This document shows positions 48,326 through 59,889 of a stretch of DNA of 64,000 nucleotides, one piece after another. Under the pieces are notes generated by a model. That model was not told the origin of the DNA and made no database searches. It worked only from the letters and a program-made list of their open reading frames with translations. This DNA comes from Mobula hypostoma (taxonomy: Eukaryota). Made by a program: the position numbers and the translations under genes. The first letter of the stretch is position 1. Each line of letters begins with the position of its first letter. The stretch lies in contig NC_086108.1 in NCBI RefSeq assembly GCF_963921235.1, forward strand, positions 113,648,001 through 113,712,000, written 5' to 3'.

Positions 48326-51300
48326 GATATTAATGAAGAGGATGAGCTGGAGCTTTTGGAAAACATCAAGTTGGATAAGTCACCGGGACAAGACGAGATG
48401 TACCCCAAGCTACTGTGGGAGGCGAGGGAGGAGATTGCTGAGCCTCTGGTGATGATCTTTGCATCATCAATGAGGACGGGAGAGATTCCGGAGGATTGGA
48501 GGGTTGCGGATGTTGTTCCATTATTCATGAAAGGGAGCAGAGATAGCCCAGGAAATTATAAACCAGTGAGTCTTACTTCAGTGGTTGGTAAGTTGAGGAG
48601 GAAGATCCTGAGAGGCAGGATTTATGAACATTTGGAGAGGCATAATATGATTAGGAATAGTCAGCCTGGCTTTGTCAAAGGCAGGTCGTGCCTTACGAGC
48701 CTGATTGAATTTTTTGAGAATGTGACTAAACATATTGATGTTTAGAGCAGTAGATGTAATGTATATGGATTTCTGCAAGGCATTTGACAAGGTACCCCAT
48801 ACAAGGCTTATTGAGAAAGTAAGGAGGCATGGGATCCAAGGGGACATTGCTTTGTGGATCCAGAACTGGCTTGCCCACAGAAGGCAAACAGTGGTTGTAG
48901 ACGGGTCATATTCTACATGGAGGTTGGTGACCAGTGGTGTGCCTCAGGGATCTGTTCTAGGACCCCGACTCTTTGTGATTTTTATAAATGATCTGGATAA
49001 GGAAGTGGAGGGATGGGTTAGCAAATTTGCTGATGACACAAAGGTTGGGGGTGTTGTGGATAGTGTGGAGGGTTGTCAGAGGCTACAGCAGGACATTGAT
49101 AGGATGCAAAACGGGTCTGAGAAGTGGCAGATGGAGTTCAATCCAGATAAGTGTGAGGTGGTTCATTTTGGTAGGTCAAATAAGATGGCAGAATATAGCA
49201 TTAATCGCAAGACTCTTGGCAGTGTGGAGGATCAGAGGGATCTTGGGGTCCGAGTCCATAGGACACTCAAAGCTGCTGCGCAAGTTGACTCTGTGGTTAA
49301 GAAGGCATATGGAGCATTGGCCTTCATCGATCATGGGATTGAGTTTAAGAGCCGAGATGTAATGTTGCAGCTATATAGGACCCTGGTCAGATCCCACTTG
49401 GGAGTACTGTGCTCAATTCTGGTTGCCTCACTCCAGCAAGGACATGGAAACCATAGAAAGGGTGCAGAGGGGATTTACAAGGATGTTGCCTGGATTGGGG
49501 AGCGTGCCTTATGAGAACAGGTTGAGTGAATTCGGCCTTTTCTCTTTGGAGCGACGGAGGATGAGAGGTGACCTGATAGAGGTGTACAAGATAATGAGAA
49601 GCATTGATCACGTGGATAGTCAGAGGCTTTTTCCCAGGCTCGCATGAGAGGGCATAGTTTTAAAGGAAAACATTAGGAAGGAAACGGTGATGAGTAGACT
49701 GATGGGACTGAAGGCTAACAAATCCCCAGGTCCAGATGGTCTGCATCCTAGGGTACTAAAGGAGGTGGCTCTGGAAATTGCGGATGCATTGGTGATCATT
49801 TTCCAATGTTCCTTAGATTCAGGGTCAGTTCCTGAGGATTGGCGAATGGCTAATGTTATCCCACTTTTTAAGAAAGGAGGGAGGGAAAACAGAGAACTAT
49901 CGCCCTGTTAGCCTAACATCAGTAGTGGGGAAGATGCTAGAGTCCATTATTAAAGATGAAATAGCGGTCTATCTTGATAGCAGTGATAGGACTGGGCCCA
50001 GCCAGCATGGATTTACCAAGGGCAAATCATGCTTGACTAATCTATTGGGAGTTTTTCGAAGATGTAACCAGGAAGATAGACGCGGGAGATCCAGTGGATG
50101 TGGTGTACCTTGACTTTCAGAAGGCATTCGATAAGGTACCACATAGGAGATTGGTGGGTAAAATCAGAGCTCATGGCATTGGGGGGAGGATATTGACATG
50201 GATAGAAAACTGGTTGGCAGATAGAAAGCAAAGGGTAGCAGTGAATGGGTGTTTCTCGGAATGGCAGGTGGTGACTAGTGGGGTGCCACAGGGCTCGGTA
50301 TTGGGACCACAGCTGTTTACGATTTACGTCAATGATTTAGAGGAAGGCATTGTGAATAACATCAGCAAGTTTGCTGATGATACTAAGCTGGGTGGCAGTG
50401 TGACATGTGATGAGGATGTTAGGAGAATTCAAGGTGACTTGGATAGGCTGGGGGAGTGGGCAGAAACTTGGCAGATGGCGTTTAATGTGAATAAGTGTGA
50501 GGTTATTCACTTTGGGAGCAAGAACAGGAAGGCAGATTATTATCTGAATGGTATGGAGTTAGGGAAGGGAGAAATACAAAGAGATCTAGGAGTACTTGTT
50601 CATCAGTCTCTGAAGGTGAATGAGCAAGTGCAGCAGGCAGTGAAGAAGGCTAATGGAATGTTGGCCTTTATTACAAAGGGAATTGAGTACAAGAGCAAGG
50701 AAATCCTTTTGCATTTGTACAGGGCCCTGGTGAGACCACACCTGGAGTATTGTGTGTAGTTTTGGTCTCCAGGGTTAAGGAAGGACATCCTGGCTGTAGA
50801 GGAGGTGCAGCGTAGGTTCACTAGGTTAATTCCTGGGATGTCCGGACTGTCTTACGCAGAGAGGTTAGAGAGACTGTACATGCTGGAATTAAGGAGATTG
50901 AGGGGGGAATCTGATTGAGACATATAAGATTATTAAGGGATTGGACAAGATAGAGGCAGGAAATATGTTCCAGATGCTGGGAGAGTCCAGTACCAGAGGG
51001 CATGGTTTAAGAATAAGGACTAGGTCATTTAGGACAGAGTTGAGGAGAAACTTCTTCTCCCAGAGAGTGGTGGAGGTGTGGAACGCGCTGTCTCAGAAGG
51101 CAGTGGAGGCCAATTCTCTGGATGCTTTCAAGAAGGAGCTAGATAGGTATCTTATGGATAGGGGAATCAAGGGTTATGGGGACAAGGCAGGAACCGGGTA
51201 TTGATAGTAGATGATCAGCCATGATCTCAGAATGGTGGTGCAGGCTCGAAGGGCCGAATGGTCTACTTCTGCACCTATTGTCTATTGTCTAATGTAAAGG

Positions 51301-51560
51301 TGCTTGGAAGTAGTTACAGAGGAGATCTCAGGGATAAGTTTTTTTTTACAAAGGGAGTGGTGAGTGCGTGGAATGGGCTCCCGGCTGCAGTGGTGGAGGT
51401 GGAAATAATAGGGTCTTTTAAGAGACTCCTGGATGGATACATGCAGCTTAGAAAAATAGAGGGCTCTGGGTAAGCCTAGGTAGTTCTAAGGTAAGGACAT
51501 GTTCGGCACAGGTTTCTGGGCCAAATGGCCTGTATTGTGTTGCAAGATTTCTATGTTTCT
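48325..51560 (+). mobile_element. CR1 LINE (host pieces 48325-49666 and 51295-51560) carrying a nested CR1
   Basis: ORFs 48245-49647, same subfamily as 31612-33563; the text gcatagttttaaagg|tgcttggaag resumes after the insert. Confidence 0.92.
49667..51294 (+). mobile_element. 5'-truncated CR1 LINE nested in CR1, 6-bp TSD taaagg
   Basis: ORFs 49687-51204; TSD at 49661-49666 and 51295-51300; tail (ctattgt)n. Confidence 0.92.
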
Positions 51561-51584
51561 GCACATGTATGTTTGAATGACATA

Positions 51585-53228
51585 AACAGAAACATAGAAA
51601 TCTACAGCACATTACAGGCCCTTTGGCCCACCATGTTGCACTGACCATGTAACCTACTCTGGCAACCGCCTAGAATTTCCCTACCACATCACCCTCTATT
51701 TCTCTAAGCTCCATGTGTCTATCTAAAAGAGTCCCTTCAAAGACCCTGTTGTATCCACCTCTACCACCTTCGCTGGCAGTGCATTCCATGCACCCGCCAC
51801 TCTCTGTGAAAAACTTACCCCTTCTATCTACTTACAAGCACCTACAACTATACCCTGTCCTGTTAGCCATTTCAGCCCTGGGAAAAAGCCCTAGGCTATC
51901 CACACAATCAATGCCTCTCATCATCTTATACACCTCTATCAGGTCACCTCTCATCCTCCATCGCTGCAAGGAGAAAAGTCCAAGTTCACTCAACCTATTC
52001 TCATAAGTCACGCTCTCCAATCCAGGCAACATCCTTGTAAATCTCCTCTGCACTCTCTCTATAGTATCCACATCCTTCCTGTAATCAGGTGACCAGAACT
52101 GAACACAGTACTCCAAGTGGGGTCTAACTAAGGTCTCATACAGCTGTAACGTTACCTCAAGGCTCTTGAACTCAATCCCACGGCTGATGAAGGCCAACAT
52201 ACCAAACGCTTTCTTAACCACACTGTCAACCTGTACAGCAGATTTGAGTGTCCCATGGATACGGACCCCATGATCCACATGCTGATCCTCCACACTACCA
52301 AGAATCTTACCATTAATATTATACTCTGTCTTTAAATTTGCCCTACCAAAATGAACCACTTCATGCTTATCTGGGTTTAACTCCATTTGCCACTTCTCAG
52401 CCCAGTTCTGCATCCTATCGATTTCCTGCTGTAACCTCTGACAGCCCTCCACACTGTCCACAACACCCCCAACTTTCATGTCAGCAGCAAACTTACTAAC
52501 CCACCCACCTACTTCCTCATCCAGGTAATTTATAAAAATCACAAAGAGGAGGGGTCCCAGAACAGATCCCTGTGGAACACCACTGGTTACCGACCTCAAT
52601 GCAGAATATGAACCACCTGCAACCACCGTTTGCCTTCTGTGGGTAAGCCAGTTCTGAAACCACAAAGCAAGGTCTCCTTGGATCTCATGCCTCATTACTT
52701 TCTGAATGAGCCTCGCATGGGGAACCTTATCAAATGCCTTACTGAAATCCATATACGCATCACTGTTCTATCTTCATCAATATGGTTTCTTACATCCTCA
52801 AAGAAGTCAATCAGGTTCATAAACATTACTTGTCCTTGACAAAGCCATAATGACTATCCTTAATCAGATTACATCTCTCCAACTACTCATAAATCCTGCC
52901 TCTCAGGGTCTTCTCCAACAACTTGCCCACCACTGAAGTCAGACTCACTGGTCTACAATTTCCTGGGTTATCGCTACTCCCTATCTTGAACAAGGGAACA
53001 ATATTTGCAACCTTCCAATCCTCTGGCACTTCTCCTGTCCCTATTGATGATGCAAAGATCATTGCCAGAGGCTCAACAATCTCTTCCCTCACTTCCCACA
53101 GTAGCCTGGAGTATATCTCGACCGGTCTCGGCGACTTATCCAACTTAATACCTTTCAAAAGCTCTAGCCCATCCTCTTTCTTGACGTCTATACACTCAAG
53201 CGTTTCTGTCTGCTGTAAGTCATCCCCA
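51585..53228 (-). mobile_element. 5'-truncated CR1 LINE, tail-to-tail with the preceding element
   Basis: ORF 51832-52752 (306 aa RT) and 52883-53158. Confidence 0.93.
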
Positions 53229-53536
53229 TAACTGCCATAAACTTAGAAGTCAAGATGATGGCTATCCAAACTAAATATCCTAATGCCTGCATCATGGTGT
53301 GGTATGGAAATTCCAGTCTACAGGAACACAAGAGGGTACAGAGCGTAGTAGACACAGCCCGATCCATCATGGGTACAGCCTTCCACGTCATTGACAAAAA
53401 CAGTTGCTGTCTCAAGTAAGCAGCATCTATCATCAAGAATTCTCACAATCTGAGTCACGTCCTTTTCTCACTGCTGCCTTCAGGAAGAAGGTACAGAAGC
53501 TGAAGGCCCATGCTACCAGCTTTAGGAACAGCACAC

Positions 53537-55167
53537 ATAGAAACATAGAAAATAGGTGCAGGAGTAGGCCATTCGGCCCTTCGAGCCTGCACCGCCATTT
53601 ATTATGATAATGGCTGATCATCCAACTCAGAACCCTGCACCAGCCTTCCCTCCATACCCCCTGATCCCCGTAGCCACAAGGGCCATATCTAACTCTCTCT
53701 TAAATATAGCCAATGAACTGGCCTCAACTGTTTCCTGTGGCAGAGAATTCCACAGATTCACCACTCTCTGTGTGAAGAAGTTTTTCCTAATCTCGGTCCT
53801 AAAAGGCTTCCCCTTTATCCTCAAACTGTGACCCCTCGATCTGGACTTCCCCAACATCGGGAACAATCTTCCTGCATCTAGCCTGTCCAATCCCTTCAGG
53901 ATTTTATACGTTTCAATCAGATCCCCCCTCAATCTTCTAAGTTCCAATGAGTACAAGCCAAGTTCATCCAGTCTTTCTTCATATGAAAGTCCTGCCATCC
54001 CAGGAATCAATCTGGTGAACCTTCTTTGTACTCCCTCTATGGCAAGGATGTCTTTCCTCAGATTAGGGGACCAAAACTGCACACAATACTCCAGGTATGG
54101 TCTCACCAAGGCCTTGTACAACTGCAGTAGTACCTCCCTGCTCCTGTACTCGAATCCTCTCGCTATAAATGCCAGCATACCATTCGCCTTTTTCACCGCC
54201 TGCTGTACCTGCATGCCCACTTTCAATGACTGGTGTATAATGACACCCAGGTCTCGTTGCACCTCCCCTTTTCCTAATCGGCCACCATTCAGATAATAAT
54301 CTGTTTTCCTATTTTTGCCACCAAAGTGGATAACTTCACATTTATCCACATTAAATTGCATCTGCTATGAATTTGCCCACTCACCCAACCTATCCAAGTC
54401 ACCCTGCATCCTCTTAGCATCCTCCTCACAGCTAACACTGTCGCCCAGCTTCGTGTCATCCGCAAACTTGGAGATGCTGCATTTAATTCCCTCATCCAAG
54501 TCATTAATATATATTGTAAACAACTGGGGTCCCAGCACTGAGCCTTGCGGTACCCCACTAGTCACTGCCTGCCATTCTGAAAAGGTCCCGTTTATTCCCA
54601 CTCTTTGCTTCCTGTCTGCTAACCAATTCTCTGTCCACATCAATACCTTACCCCCAATACCGTGTGCTTTAAGTTTGCACACTAATCTCCTGTGTGGGAC
54701 CTTGTCAAAAGCCTTTTGAAAATCCAAATATATCACATCCACTGGTTCTCCCCTATCCACTCTACTAGTTACATCCTCAAAAAATTCTATGAGATTCGTC
54801 AGACATGATTTTCCTTTCACAAATCCATGCTGACTTTGTCCGATCATTTCACCGCTTTCCAAATGTGCTGTTATCACATCTTTGATAACTGACTCCAGCA
54901 GTTTCCCTACCACCGACGTTAGGCTAACCGGTCTATAATTCCCCGGTTTCTCTCTCCCTCCTTTTTTAAAAAGTGGGGTTACATTAGCCACCCTCTAATC
55001 CTCAGGAACTAGTCCAGAATCTAACGAGTTTTGAAAAATTATCACTAATGCATCCACTATTTCTTGGGCTACTTCCTTAAACACTCTGGGATGCAGACCA
55101 TCTGGCCCTGGGGATTTATCTGCCTTTAATCCCTTCAATTTACCTAACACCACTTCCCTACTAACAT
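53537..55167 (-). mobile_element. Young 5'-truncated CR1 LINE
   Basis: ORFs 54365-54991 and 53627-54361 are the same frame, broken by a TAG at 54365-54367; full RT motif set; tail (ttctatgt)n. Confidence 0.95.
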
Positions 55168-55399
55168 GAAGTTGCTGGTGAACACAGCAGGCCAGGCAGC
55201 ATCTCTAGGAAGAGGTACAGTGTGTTGCTTGAATCTCCAGCATCCGCAGATTTCCTCATGTTTGAGCTTTAGGAACAGCTACTTTCCTACAACCTTGAAC
55301 CAATCTCTGTATAATTCTGACTGTACCTCAGCAACAGAACATTTTGCACTCCCACACACTTGTCTCTGAGTGTCTCATTTTCTTTCATGGTCTTATTTT

Positions 55400-56205
55400 T
55401 GCACAACTGGAGGTCCATCAACCAGTCCTCATCAGGAGATCAGAGGTAGAAAGTGTCAGAAACTTTAAATTTCTTGGTGTTATCACTTCAGAGGACCTTT
55501 CCAGGACCCAGCACATAAATAAATTTATGAGGAAAGCACAGAAGCACCTCCACTTTCTCAGAAGTTTGCATAGGTTGAACATGACATCTAAAATTTTGAC
55601 AAATGACTACAAATGTGTAGTGGAGAGTATATTGACTGGCTGCATCACAGCCTGGTATGGAAACACCAATGCCCTTGAATGTAAAATTCCACAAAAAGGA
55701 ATGGACATGGCCCAGTCCATCACAGGGAAAGCCTTCTCTGCATTAATGCACACGGAGCATTGTTGCAGGAAAGCAGCATCCATCATCAGGGACCTCCACC
55801 ACCCATGACATGCTCTTTTCTCACTGCTGCCATCAGAAAGAAGGTACAGGAGTGTCAGGATTCACTCCACTAAGTTCAGAAATAGTTATTTCCCCTCAAC
55901 CATTAGGCTCTTGAACCAGAAGGGATAACTTCACTCAAATTCACTCATCCCATTACTGAACTGTTCCCACAACCTTGGACTCACTTTTAAGGAGTCTTCA
56001 TCTCATGTTCTCAATATTTATTTATTTACTTATTTATTTATTAATTATTTCTTAGTCTTTTCTTTTTTTTTGCACAGTTTATTGTCTTTTGCACACTGTT
56101 TGTCCACCCAGATAGATGTGGTCTTTCATTGATTCTATTATGGTTATTGGAATTATTGAGCATGCCTGGAAGAAAACAAATCTCAGGGTTGTATATGGTG
56201 ACACG
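55400..56205 (+). mobile_element. Rex1/Babar-type LINE 3' fragment
   Basis: ORF 55344-55808 FKFLGV..KAQKHLHFLRSL..YKCVVESILTGCITAWYG. Confidence 0.8.
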
Positions 56206-56207
56206 TA

Positions 56208-56548
56208 TAATGCTTATAAAATGTATTCATCCCCCCTTGGAAGTTTTCATGTTTTATAGCATTGAATCACAGTGGATTTCAGGAACAGCTACTTCCTTAC
56301 AACCTTGAACCAATTTCTGTATAATCCTGACTCTAGCTATGCAACAGAACATTACAGACCACCTTTTGCACTCCCACACACTTGTGGGAGTGTGATCAAC
56401 AGAAAAAGACTCTTACATGTCAAAGTGAAAAAAAGATCTCTACAAAGGGATCAAAATTAATTACAAATATAAAACACTGTGATTCAATCGTTTAAAACAA
56501 TAAAACACAAAAGCTTCCAAAGGGGGAAGAGTACTTTTATAGGCACTC
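56208..56548. mobile_element. Tc1-type MITE with a captured local segment
   Basis: TA|taatgcttataaaatgtattcatccccccttggaag ... cttccaaagggggaagagtacttttataggcactc|TA inverted repeats. Confidence 0.7.
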
Positions 56549-56692
56549 TATGAATTTTGATAATAAATTCACTATTTTGCATAAGTTCTGTTTAAATGAT
56601 AGCATGCAGGTGTTGTTTATACCTATGTGCCTGTGATGCTGATGCAAGTTTTTCCATTGTACCTGCACCTCCCCATCCTTATGCTGTGACAA

Positions 56693-57442
56693 TCAAGTTC
56701 AAAGTACATTTATTTACTAAGTATGCATACCATATACAACCTTGAGGTTCATCTTCTTGCAGGCAGCCGCAAAACAAAGAAACACAATCAAATCCATGAA
56801 AAGCTCCAAACTACAAAGGCCATCAAACATCCAATGTGGGGGAAAAAAAGAACAAATTGTACTACAATAAAAATGTAAATAAATAACATACAGAACATGA
56901 ACCAGAGTCCCCAAAAGTAAGTCTACAGCCAGTTCAATGATGAGGCGCGTGAAGACAGTCAAGCCTCATGCATCTCGCATCGGACACCAGTATAGTAGCA
57001 CGAAGAGAGGGATATGGGTCAATCGCAGGCAGACAGGATGGGCTCAGGTGGGGATCCTGGCTGGCATGGAGTAGTGAGCTGAACACCAGTTTGTCCTCCA
57101 CCCTCAGCCTCAAATACTTAATCTTTTAAATCTGACTCAGTGCTTAAATCAGCTGAACATCAGTTCGTTTCTCACTCTCAGCCTGGTCCCAACCACTTCA
57201 ATCCAGCCCAAAGTCCACTCAAGCAATGGCCGGCACAGCTGTACCTGCAGTCTTGAGAGTGCAGTTCATCAAATCCTTCAGGATACCGCAGAAAAGACAG
57301 ATCATACAGATGGTTCAAAAGCAAAACTCCCAAAGAAAAATTACAGGCTGTGAAATGCAGTAGTTGTAGTGCAGAAAACAGTATAATTAGTAGAATAGTT
57401 ATTAGATTTGTTAGCTGATTGTATATCGCCAGTGCCATCTTG
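56693..57442 (-). mobile_element. Non-coding element with caagatggc 5' end and Rex-type 3' tail
   Basis: On -, starts caagatggcactggcgata and ends ...ctgcctgcaagaagatgaacctcaaggttgtatatggt...aataaatgtactttgaacttga. Confidence 0.55.
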
Positions 57443-57546
57443 GAAACTCAACTTGAAACAAACTATTTAATGGAGAATTTCAGAGTTTAACAGCACAGGT
57501 TAAAATGCAGTAGCAAATATATCAGAAGACTCAGTAAATAACTAAC

Positions 57547-57683
57547 CTTGATGAACTCAGAAGGGAGCTGTCCACTTGGGAATGAACTTCCCTCACAATT
57601 CAGCTGAATAAAGAATCCTCGAGTAGTACTGAAGCTGGTTTTCAGAGGCAGGCTATATTTCTCTCCCAGCTGCACTATCATTC
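57547..57683 (-). CDS. MSH4: MSH4 internal coding exon (about human exon 12), 137 nt
   Basis: ttag|GA ATG ATA...TTC ATC AAG|gttagt; encodes (G)[45 protein letters not shown], matching the vertebrate MSH4 sequence I recall ([26 protein letters not shown]...QLPSEFIK). Confidence 0.96.
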
Positions 57684-58277
57684 CTAATCAGGTTAAGAGA
57701 GAAAACATCAACACATTAAGTATTCAGGAAGTACCATCACTCTTACCCTACTGCACAATTTACACACTCTTCATAGAGTCATGCACAGCACAAAAATGGG
57801 CCCTTCAGGCCACCAGGTCCATGCCGACCTTTTTGCCAATCTACACTACTCCCATTCGCAAGTAGAAGGATGGATCTTTCTTTTGCTGGTCTATTCAAAT
57901 ACCTGTCTAAATGCCTTTAGAGCATATTATTTTTATCTGATTTTATCACCTCCTTCAGTAATGTATTCCAGAGATACAACACTGAATGGAGTACCAATGC
58001 GTTCATGCATGATTCAAAAATCTGATACTAGAGGGGGGGAATCTGTCAGTTAAACATTCAGTGTGTGCCTTCAGGCTCCTGTACCTCCTCCAAGATAGGG
58101 CATGTCCTGGATGGTGAAGTTCTTAATGATAAATGCTATCTTTTAAGTTTTGTAACTCCAGAAACTAATTGAAAGAAAAACACGGAGCCAGAGATACACA
58201 TGTACTTAGTTTTTTTTCCTTTAATGAGGCATGGCATGGTGGTGTAATGACTTTCATGTACTTCTTACATATAACCC

Positions 58278-59200
58278 TCACTTCCAAACCTCTGACTCTC
58301 AATACAGGAGCCCCTCAGGGCTGCGTACTGAGTCCCCTCCTTTACTCCCTGTATACCCATGAATGTATCGCCACCCACAGCTCCAATCTGCTAATTAGAT
58401 TTGCTGACGACACTACATTGATTGGCCTTATCTCAAACAATAACGTGGTGGCCTACAGGGAAGAAGTTATCTCTCTGACACTGTGGTGTCAAGAGAACAA
58501 CCTCGCCCTCAATGTCACAAAAACAAAGGAGCTGGTTGTGGATTACAGGAGTAATGGAGCCGGGGTAACCCCTATTGACATCAATGGATCTGGGGTTGAG
58601 AGGGTGAACAGCTTTATGTTCCTCGGCATCCACATCACTGAGGACCTTACGTGGTCCGTACACACCAGCTGTGTGTTGAAAAAGGTATAACAGCGCCCCT
58701 TTCACTTCAGACGGTTGAGGAAGTTTGGTATCCTAAGAACTTTCTATAGGGGCTCAATTGAGAGCATCCTGACTGGCTGCATCAGTGCCTGGTATGGGAA
58801 AGGTACCTCCCTTAATCGCAGGACTCTGTAGAGAGTGGTGCTGACAGCCCAGTGAATCTAGTTGTGAACTTCCCATGATTCAGGACGTTTACAAAGACAG
58901 GTGTGTAAAAAGGCCCCGTACAATCACTGGGGACCCGAGTCACCCCAACCACTATATATTCCAGCTGATACCATTCAGGAAGTGGTACCGCAACATAAAT
59001 GCCAGGACCATCAGGCTCCTTCCACCAGGCCATCAGACTGATGAACTCACACTGACTTGCATGTACTGTATATTACATTGACTGTTCTCTTTATTATAAA
59101 TTATAAATTACTGTGATTGCACATTTAGCTGGAGACATAACGTAAAGATTTTTACTCCTCATGTATGTGAAGGATGTAAGAAATAAATTAATTCAATTCA
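58278..59200 (+). mobile_element. Rex1/Babar-type LINE inserted in the Gypsy LTR
   Basis: NTGAPQGCVLSPLLYSLYTH..RFADDTT..LNVTKTKELVVDY..FLGIHI; tail (aattc)n. Confidence 0.85.
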
Positions 59201-59362
59201 AAAATAATTATATAAGAAACAAAAAACACTTAATCAAGCAAAATTTACAATATTACTCAAATATTACTAAAATACTAAATACACACTTCTCCTTGCTTAG
59301 TTATAAACTCCAACTCAATACAGAATACATCTCAACTCAAATATGTATTGCTCTCCAATCAT

Positions 59363-59375
59363 TATATATGTGTAT

Positions 59376-59419
<44 letters not shown>

Positions 59420-59470
59420 TATACAAAGACCATGATCTCCTATGTGATATGAAATGGGAAATGAGGATGA

Positions 59471-59519
<49 letters not shown>

Positions 59520-59520
59520 C
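59363..59520. repeat. Compound (AT)/(AC) microsatellite cluster
   Basis: Two (AC)n runs with (AT)n borders. Confidence 0.9.
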
Positions 59521-59889
59521 AATCATCACAGTAATTATGTGCCATGTGATATGACCATGGTTGTTCGTGGCAAATTTTTCAACAGAAGTGGTTTGCCATT
59601 GTCTTCTTCTGGGAGGTGTCTTTACAGATGAGTAACCCCTCCCCCCATACACCCCAACCATTAGCAACATCAGCAATTCTCTTCAGAGATGGTCTGCCTG
59701 GCGCCAGTGGTTGCATAACTGGGACTTGTGATATGCACCAGCTGCCCCCATGGCTTCACAAGACCCTGGTTTGGGGGGGGGGAGAGAGGATGGCTGAGCA
59801 GTTTCTACACCTTGTCCAAGGGTGAATTGCAGGCTAGTGGAGGGAAGGAGCACCGTACACTTCCTTTGGTAGAGACATATCTCCAACCC
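59520..59889 (-). mobile_element. RTE-related non-autonomous (Bov-A-like bipartite) element
   Basis: On -, gaagaagacaatggcaaaccacttctgt..aaatttgccacgaacaaccatgg resembles the Bov-A/BovB-derived segment GGAGAAGGCAATGGCAACCCACTCCAGT..CTTGCC..CCATGG. Confidence 0.55.

Noticed and set aside
54362..55000. Repeated TGG-to-TAG stops in CR1 copies (54365-54367, about 54995, 32498) suggesting APOBEC-type editing
   Set aside because: Too few sites; stops are an ascertained subset of ordinary transitions and no clustering is visible without a consensus alignment
59161..59631. 156-aa ORF with HT repeats (and similar CV/HT ORFs near 7.7-7.9 kb, 10.6-11.8 kb and 19.9-20.1 kb)
   Set aside because: Open frames arise from microsatellites
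59790..59889. HDV-like ribozyme at the 5' end of the RTE-related element
   Set aside because: Simple hairpins are visible but I could not trace the nested double pseudoknot
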